In this document: piece after piece, positions 16,166 through 24,571 of the stretch
Layout: each line of letters starts with the position of its first letter
Position numbering within the stretch: position 1 is the stretch's first letter
Assembly: GCA_052143275.1 (NCBI GenBank)
Contig: JBKQTH010000136.1
Location: forward strand, 1,184-65,183
Length of the DNA stretch: 64,000 nt
Source of the DNA: Ktedonobacterales bacterium
GTDB lineage: Bacteria; Chloroflexota; Ktedonobacteria; Ktedonobacterales; JADMIN01
Direction of reading: 5' to 3'
Notes under the pieces: generated by a model
What the model saw: the letters and a program-made list of their open reading frames with translations, nothing else
Told to the model about the DNA's origin: nothing
Databases searched by the model: none
Translations under genes and position numbers: made by a program

Positions 16166-17572
16166 TTATCGATTGCTCCTCCATACGTCAGGCGCAGCAT
16201 CGTAAGCATACTCGACCCCGCGATGCCCCCCTCGGCCCGCAGAGCGCGACTGCACAGTCTTCTCCGCCTGTCCGCGGCTAGCGGCACGGCGCTGAGCCAG
16301 GCGCGTCATGTCTATATCAAGCTCACGTTGAAATACTTTCCACAAATCTTCGAAACGCTGCCCAGTAGGCGACTTTCCAATCTCGTCGTAAAGAATACGG
16401 TCAAACAGCATCTGCATAAGCTGAGAGACAAATTGTGCCGCATCCCAATAGCTATCGGCTAACTCCTGACCACGAACCACCTTGTCCAGCGTCTCAAGGT
16501 CCTCGAAGTTTATCTCCCCATTGGCAAAACGGACGATTCCGTCCATACGAGGAAAATTTATCTGTAACTGTTGAATAATAGGCCCAAACGTAGCTTCCAA
16601 ATATCGGACAAGTTCACGTCTTGGTATTTCCCCTCGTCCTCGGAGTGACCGGGCATATATAGCATGGTGGGCAATTACTCCATTGATGAATGTCCCCATG
16701 GTGCGGATAATAGTAAGCATACGTTGTTCCGGAGCTGGCCCACTCTCCTGTGAAAGCTGGTGCTGGCTCTGAGTCAGCAAATTAACCAGACTCCGCTCAA
16801 GCTCGTCTTCCAGGCGAGCATCCACCACTTCAACCAGGCCCAGTTCTACCAGCCGCTGCATGATGAGCACAACTTGAGGCTCAGGGATGAGCAGCGCATA
16901 CGAGATAGCATGAAGAGGGAATTGGCCATTGGATAGACACAGGACTCCAATTTCTTCACGCCCTAGTCCAAGCTGCCGCACATCTCCATCAAACTCCGGC
17001 ATCCAGCGCGCCATGGTGCCGCGACTATAGCCATGAGACCCGTCTCGACCCCACTCATCCGCCATCCGTAGGGCCTCAAGCAATATATGATCAACATTCA
17101 GCGGCCTTAGTATGCCTGAACGCATTTGTATGGATGCGACATCACGGTGAAATTCAAACCGGCCGCGCGTCCAGTTGATAGCCCGACTGATAGACTGGAT
17201 CACCCGAAATTCGGTTCGCTGCTGCATCTCGGCGGGAGCGAGCAATCCCCACTGAGCCATGATGGTCATGGCAGTTCGCGAGTCGCCTCCCGAAAGTCGC
17301 CGTACCTCTGCCGCGTGATCACGCGAGATCACACCCATGAGACGGAGCATATCAACCAAATCAGGAGTGGAGGCGCCAGGTTCCTCGAGATCGATGATGT
17401 GGCCGTTCTCCAAGAAAACAGCGAGACGTTCTTGGCCTGAAACGACATTGAGGACGCCAGTTTTGCCGCTGAGCGCCAGCATTTTCAGCGCGGCGGATAA
17501 CCCAAGCGTCTCCAGGTCGCCATCAAGTATTCGCCCCTGTTGTTCCATCGCATCCCCCTGATCCGCTCCCAC
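16166..17572 (-). CDS. DUF4388 (PATAN-type) domain protein with a C-terminal region of about 350 aa of unknown function; first gene of the chemosensory operon
   Basis: The N-terminal signature is GDLETLGLSAALKMLALSGKTGVLNVVSGQERLAVFLENGHII. The remainder has no motif I recognise, apart from a possible winged-helix-like stretch (VVLIMQRLVELGLVEVVD). Confidence 0.75.
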   Translation of the reverse strand: MGADQGDAMEQQGRILDGDLETLGLSAALKMLALSGKTGVLNVVSGQERLAVFLENGHIIDLEEPGASTPDLVDMLRLMGVISRDHAAEVRRLSGGDSRTAMTIMAQWGLLAPAEMQQRTEFRVIQSISRAINWTRGRFEFHRDVASIQMRSGILRPLNVDHILLEALRMADEWGRDGSHGYSRGTMARWMPEFDGDVRQLGLGREEIGVLCLSNGQFPLHAISYALLIPEPQVVLIMQRLVELGLVEVVDARLEDELERSLVNLLTQSQHQLSQESGPAPEQRMLTIIRTMGTFINGVIAHHAIYARSLRGRGEIPRRELVRYLEATFGPIIQQLQINFPRMDGIVRFANGEINFEDLETLDKVVRGQELADSYWDAAQFVSQLMQMLFDRILYDEIGKSPTGQRFEDLWKVFQRELDIDMTRLAQRRAASRGQAEKTVQSRSAGRGGHRGVEYAYDAAPDVWRSNR

Positions 17573-17744
17573 CTACATTGGTCACAGGACATGAGTCACC
17601 AGACAAGCAGCTCTTAGATATCCTGAAAAATAGCCAATATAGCGCACAATGCGGAAGTGTCTTCGGCTCCTTCGACCAACCCAAACCATTGTATCATACT
17701 GCGGCAGGTGTTCAAGAGGATATTAGAGGCAGTATCAGACTGTA

Positions 17745-18890
17745 TCAGGAGGAAGATGGTGCGCTCGCATATCCGGTAAGCTCTACGTATCCCACGCCGT
17801 CAACCGATCGCGATCCCAGGGCGCCACTGATACGGACCGCACCTTCCCAATAGACGTTGCCTGTCGAAGCCGTGGTCAGAAGTTCCTGATCCAAAAGCTG
17901 TGGAGTAAGCGTCAGGCTGAGGTGCTGGCTAGCAATCTCAACACTCCATCCGGACGGATAGACCGCGCCAGTATGCCGGCTAGTCCAGGTGGAAAGTGCG
18001 TGGGTCGAGATGTCGGAAGCTCCTATCTGGCTGGAGCCGCCACTGCTGTCAACATAGGTGCCAACTGTAGCTATGGGCTGTTTCTGGCTGTCACGAATAA
18101 CGTAGAGCATATACTCGGTGTTATTATCGAGCTGGACGCTGTACCAATCCCATCCAGCGCCAAGCAGAGAGACAAAGTTACCCCACTGGTGATCCATCCA
18201 TGCCTGCCCAGTGACTTCGAGTTTCTGTCCATGGTCGGTCAACGTCCCCATGATCCGCATACGGGTACGGGAATAGTAGTAGGAAAAGCCTGCCGCGCCA
18301 TAGGTGATCAAACCATTTTGACCTTCGAGGACAACCGGCTTGGTCGCTTTCAACTGGAAGGAAATTGCGTAATTGCTCATATCGGCGGAGAGCTCATCAT
18401 CCCCATTCAGACCTCGCATGCTCCAGCCTCCGAGCGCAAGGTTAAATCCAACCGTCGAGCCGGGTGGCGGGATCACTGACGCCGGTAGAAAGCCGGCACG
18501 TTGGTCAAAATAAAAGGCCCCACCACTGATATCGCTGATGGCGAAGTGAGCCGCGTAGTACGGAGGATACGCGCCACGCAATGTCTGAAAGAAGGTGAGC
18601 TCGAAGCCGTATTCATGTGGATCGCCGCTCGCATTCACCGTCTGGAAATGGCCAGTGTAATACCACCACTCCGTCAAATCATGGTGCGGTGCCTCATCCT
18701 GAGGAAACTCAATCGGCGGCAAAGGAGCCGCAGTTGGAGTTGCACTGACCTGCTCCATGTGGCCACCAGTCGGAATGGTGCCCGGTAGCCCGCAGCCGGT
18801 GAGTAACACCTGCAGGAGAAGTACAAGCAATCCAGCCGCGACCGGCGGCGCCCATTTTACGGAAGAGGCGGTGCGGGCACTAGCTCTCAT
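17745..18890 (-). CDS. AttH/CrtC-like (lipocalin-fold, carotenoid 1,2-hydratase family) lipoprotein
   Basis: Lipobox LLTGC after MRASARTASSVKWAPPVAAGLLVLLLQV. Family-like motifs are EWWYYTGHF, FELTFFQ, WMDHQWGNF and GWDWYSVQLD. The ATG at 18890 overlaps the stop of the upstream MMPL gene (ATGA). Confidence 0.8.
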   Translation of the reverse strand: MRASARTASSVKWAPPVAAGLLVLLLQVLLTGCGLPGTIPTGGHMEQVSATPTAAPLPPIEFPQDEAPHHDLTEWWYYTGHFQTVNASGDPHEYGFELTFFQTLRGAYPPYYAAHFAISDISGGAFYFDQRAGFLPASVIPPPGSTVGFNLALGGWSMRGLNGDDELSADMSNYAISFQLKATKPVVLEGQNGLITYGAAGFSYYYSRTRMRIMGTLTDHGQKLEVTGQAWMDHQWGNFVSLLGAGWDWYSVQLDNNTEYMLYVIRDSQKQPIATVGTYVDSSGGSSQIGASDISTHALSTWTSRHTGAVYPSGWSVEIASQHLSLTLTPQLLDQELLTTASTGNVYWEGAVRISGALGSRSVDGVGYVELTGYASAPSSS

Positions 18891-21250
18891 GAGATACCTC
18901 TCAAGGGTGATGCCTGCCTGGTTCTCTCCTCGCCGTCCCCCGGAACAGAAATCTTGCCGCCGCCCTGGTGGTACACATTGGACGGCAGCAGACGATTGAA
19001 CGGCGCCGGCCACCACCAATTGATGTCACCCAGTAGGCGCATAGTTGCCGGAACCAGCAACCCTCGGACTAAGGTAGCATCAAGGAATACGGCTATCGCC
19101 ATCCCAACACCCAGCGCCTTAACCAGCACCATATCGGCAGAAGCAAAGGAAAGGCTGACCAGTATTACAATAGCGGCCGCGCTGGTGATGATGCCTCCGC
19201 TGCGCTCCATACCCAAAGCGATGCTTCTGACATTGTCTCCGGTCTGCTCGTAGGCCTCGCGAATACGCGAGAGCAAGAAGACCTCGTAATCCATGGAGAG
19301 ACCAAACAGCGCACAGAACATGAGAATGGGAGAGGAAGCCTCGACATAACCTAGCGGCGTAAAGTTAAGCAGTTGGTGGAAATTGCCTTCCTGGAAAATT
19401 AACACCAACGCGCCATAGCTTGCCAGAATCGAAAGTAAATTCATGAGTATAGCCTTGAGTGGCAAGACCAACGAGCGGAATACCACCATCAGCACCAAAT
19501 ATGTCACGATAGCTATTACCAAGAGGGCAAAAGGAAAGGCGTCGTAGAGCGTATCCACGTAGTCGATGATTCCGGCAGTGCTGCCATCCACCAGAACATG
19601 CATGGTAGGAGGCGGCGCTGTGCCGCGTATAGCTTCTACTAGTGCCTCGGTACGCGTGTCGAGCATTGGATACTTGCTGGTGACCTGTACCATGGTAATC
19701 TGGTCGCCAGCATAAGTGGCTAGCGACTGCTTGATGTACGGGTCGGCGATGTTCTGCGGCTGGCTATACATCAACTGGTATTGCTGCAGGCTAAGACGAG
19801 GATCGAGTGAGACTATGCTCATTACGCCTTCTACACGCGGGTCGGCTTGCAGCGTGCGCACGTACCTGTCGAGGAGCACCAGATTTGCGCTGGAAAGTGG
19901 ACTTCCTTTGGTCTCCACCGCAATGATGATTGGTGCGCTGGCGCTCTGGTCGAAACGCTGCTCCAACAAGTCGTAGGCCTGTCGCGATGCCACGCTGGTC
20001 GGGAGAATAGATGCATCGGGAGCGGAGAGCCGTACGCTTAAGAATGGTGCGCCAAGCAGCAACAGGATGCTCAGCACCGGAATCAGAAATGCCAGCGGAT
20101 GCCGCATGACTGCGGTTGCTAACTGGTGCCAAAAGCCCGATTGGCTCCGCTCCTCGCCGCTAGATTCGTCGCCGGAGGTTTCCCGCTGCCGACGTGGCAG
20201 CATCACCGGCAAGGCGTTGATGCGAGTCCCAATAATGCTGAGTAGAGCTGGCAAGAGGGTAACCGCCGCAAGGATGGAGAGTAGTACGGTTATAACTCCC
20301 CCAATACCTACCGATCGCAGCATATTTAATGGAAAGAACAAGAGGCCCAGCAACCCGATAGAGACAGTGAGCCCTGAGAAAAATACCGCCCGCCCAGCGG
20401 TAGACATCGCAATTCCGACGGCGTCAGTAACCGAATGTCCGCGCTTCAGCTCTTCACGAAAGCGACTGACCATAAAAAGTGAGTAGTCCACCCCGAGCCC
20501 GAGACCAAAGAGAGTGGTGATATTGAGCGCAAATATTGAGACTGGAAACACCTGAGCAAGCAGGTACAGCAGAGCCAGGGACACCACCACGCTACATCCC
20601 CCAATTGCCGCGGGCAACCCAGCCGCAATCACTGAGCGGAAGACCAGCAATAAGGCAATAATGGCAAAGGGGAAGGCAATCTCTTCAGCGCGCCGCAGAT
20701 CATCTTCGCTTACGCTCTGAATATCGGCATAGAAGACCGGAGCACCGCCCACCAGCATACGAAGATCGGCCGGCTGGCGCAGTCGGCGCCGAAGATCCGG
20801 CAGGACGCTTGGCGCGGAGTCTGGGTCAGCCTTTAGGAGCACCACGGTGTATGCGACATGGCGGTCACGTGAGATTTGAGTCGGGTTGGAGCTAAATGGT
20901 ATCACACCATCAACCTCGGACCAACTGTTCAGGTTTGCCACCGCGCTCTGCGCTTCGGCGACGAAGCGGGGATTATCAGCGGTCATCGTCTTACTGGAAA
21001 ACACTACCTGCACATTGGTGAAACTGGTGTTAAGCCCCTTCTGAAGTACATTGATCGCCTGCTGTGACTCCATCGAATTATTGGAGAAGCCCCCTGGAGC
21101 CAATACCTCAGCCACACGAGGTGCAAAGGGCAACGCAACCAGCACGGCTAGAGTCCACATACCCACGATCCAGTAACGCCAGCGCACCATCCGTAGGCCC
21201 AGCCGCCGAAACATAAATGACCTCCACGAGCTACCCGAGCTACCTGGCAT
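18887..21250 (-). CDS. MMPL-family (RND superfamily) membrane transporter
   Basis: Two 6-TM bundles, each preceded by a large soluble loop. Typical MMPL stretches are GVDYSLFMVSRFREE and GLSMDYEVFLLSRIREA. The start is uncertain (21250 or 21214; the ORF track extends to 21370). Confidence 0.88.
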   Translation of the reverse strand: MPGSSGSSWRSFMFRRLGLRMVRWRYWIVGMWTLAVLVALPFAPRVAEVLAPGGFSNNSMESQQAINVLQKGLNTSFTNVQVVFSSKTMTADNPRFVAEAQSAVANLNSWSEVDGVIPFSSNPTQISRDRHVAYTVVLLKADPDSAPSVLPDLRRRLRQPADLRMLVGGAPVFYADIQSVSEDDLRRAEEIAFPFAIIALLLVFRSVIAAGLPAAIGGCSVVVSLALLYLLAQVFPVSIFALNITTLFGLGLGVDYSLFMVSRFREELKRGHSVTDAVGIAMSTAGRAVFFSGLTVSIGLLGLLFFPLNMLRSVGIGGVITVLLSILAAVTLLPALLSIIGTRINALPVMLPRRQRETSGDESSGEERSQSGFWHQLATAVMRHPLAFLIPVLSILLLLGAPFLSVRLSAPDASILPTSVASRQAYDLLEQRFDQSASAPIIIAVETKGSPLSSANLVLLDRYVRTLQADPRVEGVMSIVSLDPRLSLQQYQLMYSQPQNIADPYIKQSLATYAGDQITMVQVTSKYPMLDTRTEALVEAIRGTAPPPTMHVLVDGSTAGIIDYVDTLYDAFPFALLVIAIVTYLVLMVVFRSLVLPLKAILMNLLSILASYGALVLIFQEGNFHQLLNFTPLGYVEASSPILMFCALFGLSMDYEVFLLSRIREAYEQTGDNVRSIALGMERSGGIITSAAAIVILVSLSFASADMVLVKALGVGMAIAVFLDATLVRGLLVPATMRLLGDINWWWPAPFNRLLPSNVYHQGGGKISVPGDGEERTRQASPLRGIS

Positions 21251-21425
21251 ACCCTTACCATAATGGGTACACTCTTTAGGCAGGCCCGTGCAACAGTAGA
21301 CTCTGCAGTTGTTCCGGGTCGCTGGCTGGCTGCAAAGCGCATGTTTTAGGCTATCTCGGCATGTCACCACCGAAAGATGGTACTCTGGCTGCAGATAATA
21401 TGTGCTCGGGCATACCTACTTACTC

Positions 21426-21447
21426 AGAGAGAGAGAGAGAGAGAGAG
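21426..21447. repeat. (AG)11 dinucleotide microsatellite immediately upstream of smpB
   Basis: Read directly: AGAGAGAGAGAGAGAGAGAGAG, followed by GGGAG. It ends 12 nt before the proposed smpB GTG. Confidence 0.97.
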
Positions 21448-21459
21448 GGAGCGGCGCCG

Positions 21460-21921
21460 GTGACTGAGCGCTCATATGCGATCGCCACAAATCGCCAGGC
21501 TTACCACGATTACTTCGTGGATGAAACTATCGAGGCGGGCATTGTACTGACGGGTACTGAGGTCAAATCGATACGCGAAGGCAAAGTGAATCTGCGCGGA
21601 GCCTACGCGCACGTAAAGAATGGCGAAGTGTGGTTGGAAAATGTACACATAGCTGAATATGAGCAGGGAACCTACATGAACCATGCTCCGCTTCGCGATC
21701 GCAAGCTGCTGCTGCACCGTCGTGAGATTGATCGGCTGCTGATGCGAACACAGGCTAAGGGAGAGACTCTAGTCCCGCTCAAGCTGTACTTCAAGGACAA
21801 TCAGGTGAAGGTCGAGCTTGGCCTCTGCCGTGGTAAGAAACTCTACGACAAGCGCGAGGCCATAGCCGAACGTGAAACCCAGCGCGAACTGGCTCGAGTC
21901 ACCAAGCAGCGTCTGCGCTAG
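21460..21921 (+). CDS. smpB: SsrA-binding protein SmpB
   Basis: [42 protein letters not shown]...[12 protein letters not shown]...GKKLYDKRE. The GTG at 21460 has GGGAG 8 nt upstream and gives the typical size of about 153 aa. The ORF-track start at 21361 would translate the AG repeat as ERERERE. Confidence 0.9.
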   Translation: MTERSYAIATNRQAYHDYFVDETIEAGIVLTGTEVKSIREGKVNLRGAYAHVKNGEVWLENVHIAEYEQGTYMNHAPLRDRKLLLHRREIDRLLMRTQAKGETLVPLKLYFKDNQVKVELGLCRGKKLYDKREAIAERETQRELARVTKQRLR

Positions 21922-21963
21922 GATTGCGTATAATCCTGGGTTGGGTCACAGACAGTGAGATGC

Positions 21964-22974
21964 TCAGGAGGATTGTTTGGCGGACAACTTGTGCCAGACG
22001 TCCAGCAAGGCCAGTTCACGCGGCCGTCTGAGACCAGCCTGCCACTGGTAGTCAGCCGGACGCTTTATCTCCCAGGTGAGCGTATCGCGTACCGTTTGCT
22101 CCAGTGGGCGAAAAACCAGACCCGCAGCAATAGCTTTGTGGCAATTGACGGCCAGAAAGCTCGCAAAACTCAGGTCGCTTGGTGGTACCCAGAGAGGTAG
22201 ATCGGTCCAGGCGCTGACCCCCTGCTGGTTTAGAAACTGCTCGTTAGCCCAGGTAAACCGCGCATCGCTCTCCGAGACACGCTGGCAGACATCAAGCAAT
22301 TCGCCCATACTTAGCGGGGTGGCTGGTCCAGTAGCATTGTATGTTCCAGCTTGTCGCCGCTCAGCCATTTCCAGCATCCAGGCGGCAAGGTCGCGCGCAT
22401 CTATAAATTGTACCGATGCTTCGGGCGGCCCTGGCGCCAAGATTTCGCTACCTTCCGCAACCCGATGCGGCCAATATGTAAAGCGGTCGGTCGGATCGTA
22501 GGGGCCGACGATCAGTCCAGGACGTATAACCAGCGTTCGTCCAGGCATTGACTGGTTGGCCGCCTGCTCGCAGAGCGCCTTGTGACCGCCATAGTTTTCG
22601 TCTTTGGTATCTTCGGTCGTTGGGTCTGCCAGTACGGCCAACGGCATGCTCTCATCTATGGGCCTGCTGAAGTCGGCATAGGCGGAGATGCTGGAGACAT
22701 ACGTGTAGTGCTCCACACTATCTGCCAGCAGCTGCGCGGATTCCCGCACCTGACGCGGAAGCTGGCCACTGGTGTCAATCACCACATCCCAGCTTCTGGC
22801 CGATAGCGCCGACAAGTTTTCGTTGCGATCACCCCGCAATTTCTCCGTCTCCGGGTAGAGATCAGGATTATCCCGGCCGCGATTGAAAAGTGTTACCTCA
22901 TGGTTACGAGATAGTGCCGCTTCGACTACGTGGCGGCCAAGGAAGATCGAACCCCCCAGAACCAGAACCCGCAA
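21964..22974 (-). CDS. NAD(P)-dependent epimerase/dehydratase-family (extended SDR) protein
   Basis: N-terminal Rossmann motif MRVLVLGGSIFLGRHVV. A length of about 336 aa is typical for the family. Confidence 0.82.
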   Translation of the reverse strand: MRVLVLGGSIFLGRHVVEAALSRNHEVTLFNRGRDNPDLYPETEKLRGDRNENLSALSARSWDVVIDTSGQLPRQVRESAQLLADSVEHYTYVSSISAYADFSRPIDESMPLAVLADPTTEDTKDENYGGHKALCEQAANQSMPGRTLVIRPGLIVGPYDPTDRFTYWPHRVAEGSEILAPGPPEASVQFIDARDLAAWMLEMAERRQAGTYNATGPATPLSMGELLDVCQRVSESDARFTWANEQFLNQQGVSAWTDLPLWVPPSDLSFASFLAVNCHKAIAAGLVFRPLEQTVRDTLTWEIKRPADYQWQAGLRRPRELALLDVWHKLSAKQSS

Positions 22975-22987
22975 GTGCTCGCTCCCT

Positions 22988-23644
22988 TCATTCAGCGGCA
23001 GACTCTCCGCGACTCTTCCAGTCCTCGAGGGTCAGCACCTCATCCACTATGCCATAATCCTTGGCGGCCTCAGCGCTCATAAAAAAGTCACGCTCGGTGT
23101 CTTGCCGTACACGTTCGAGTGATTGGCCCGTATGGAGGGCGATGATGTTGTTCATGACGTCGCGGGTGTGCAGCAATTCGCGCGCGTGTATGTCGATGTC
23201 GGTTACCTGCCCACCAATTCCGCCGCCGGAGAGTAAAGGTTGGTGCAGGTGGATGCGAGCATGAGGTAAGGCAAAACGACGTCCTGGGTCGCCCGCCATG
23301 AGTAGAATTGTACCAAAGCTGGCCGCCTGCCCAACGCAAGTGGTGACCATCGGGCAATGCAAGGTGCGCATGGTATCGTAGATGGCAAGGCCGGCGGTAA
23401 TCACGCCACCTGGAGAATTGATGTACATATTGATGGGACGATTGGCACTTTCGCTGGCCAGAAAGAGCAATTCAGCAACCACAAGACTCGAAAGTTGATC
23501 TTCGATGGGGCCGCTTACTAGGACGATACGTTCGCGCAGCAGTCGAGAAAACAAGTCGTACGCCCGCTCTCCACGGGTGCTTGACTCTATAATGGTAGGG
23601 ATAACTAGGCTGGCATTGTGGGCCGGCAAGTAGCTTTCAGACAT
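22988..23644 (-). CDS. clpP: ATP-dependent Clp protease proteolytic subunit
   Basis: RGERAYDLFSRLLRERIVLVSGPIED, INSPGGVITAGLAIYDTM, VGQAASFGTILL (catalytic Ser), IHLHQP (His). The AAGGAGG RBS overlaps the end of the upstream DUF4177-like gene. Confidence 0.92.
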   Translation of the reverse strand: MSESYLPAHNASLVIPTIIESSTRGERAYDLFSRLLRERIVLVSGPIEDQLSSLVVAELLFLASESANRPINMYINSPGGVITAGLAIYDTMRTLHCPMVTTCVGQAASFGTILLMAGDPGRRFALPHARIHLHQPLLSGGGIGGQVTDIDIHARELLHTRDVMNNIIALHTGQSLERVRQDTERDFFMSAEAAKDYGIVDEVLTLEDWKSRGESAAE

Positions 23645-23663
23645 AGTAGATAACCTCCTTAGC

Positions 23664-23939
23664 TTAGGCGTAACGCACAAAATAATAGGTAATTCGGGTG
23701 ACCCGCTCGCCCCCAGGAATCCCTATAATGCCGGCGAGCAGCCAACCGTCTTGACCCAACTGATTGAGGCGAGCTTCATCAAGCGGAGGCTCTTCGCGGG
23801 GATCGAGAGTAACGGTGTGATACTCCCATTTCGGCTGCGCGCCAGCCTCGAAGACAATTGGAAGGGGGAGCATCATAGGTTGCCTGTTGAAAGGATCTTG
23901 ATTGAAGTTGTGAAACGCTCCTGGAGTAAGGTACGGCAT
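23664..23939 (-). CDS. DUF4177-like small protein
   Basis: KWEYHTVTLD...LNQLGQDGWLLAGII...ITYYFVR resembles the DUF4177 pattern (W-E-Y...LN-LG-GWEL). The ATG at 23939 has GAAGGAG upstream. Confidence 0.5.
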   Translation of the reverse strand: MPYLTPGAFHNFNQDPFNRQPMMLPLPIVFEAGAQPKWEYHTVTLDPREEPPLDEARLNQLGQDGWLLAGIIGIPGGERVTRITYYFVRYA

Positions 23940-24200
23940 AGATGGATACACTCCTTCTGCTAAACGGTTCTCAAGCGGCCTCGTTGGCCACTGGTCCAGC
24001 CGCGTGCCGGTGATACCTTGAACAGTACCGCGCCTTGCGCTAGAATTGAAGGCAAAAGTAATGCTGATGGCATACCGATCCCACCGGATATGCTCTCAGC
24101 ATGTGTCCCCCAAGCTGCCCGGACAGTCGTATGAAAATTCTGAAGTAACTGGGACATCGCAGCAGCGAAGATCCCGTTATGGGAGATGGAGAAAGCTGAA

Positions 24201-24533
24201 ATGCAGGACTTACAGCTGACAATGGGCAAGGTGATCCGGCGCGAGCGACGTGGGCGTAAGATGACCCGGAGAGTGCTAGCAGAGCGTTCGGCTATCTCGG
24301 TGGTTTACCTGGGTGAGATCGAGCGTGGACAGAAGTATCCCTCGGCGTTGGTCCTGGAAAGGCTGGCCAAGGCGCTTGATCTTGACATTCCCGATCTCTT
24401 GGAATGTATGGCTGAAGAGATGCGTGGCGTGCCTGTGCCCAGGATGGCCATTGGTTTTTTGCTGCCTGAAGCGCAGCCAGCAGCCTCACGCACGACGCCT
24501 ACCGGGAAAGTCATCAGCATGCTGGTGGCCTGA
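24201..24533 (+). CDS. XRE-family helix-turn-helix transcriptional regulator
   Basis: MTRRVLAERSAISVVYLGEIERGQKYPSALVLERLAKALDL is a classic HTH_3 pattern. Alternative starts at 24186 and 24222. Confidence 0.8.
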   Translation: MQDLQLTMGKVIRRERRGRKMTRRVLAERSAISVVYLGEIERGQKYPSALVLERLAKALDLDIPDLLECMAEEMRGVPVPRMAIGFLLPEAQPAASRTTPTGKVISMLVA

Positions 24534-24571
24534 CATCAGGCAGTTAGATTAGGTAGCCAAGGAACCTCCTA

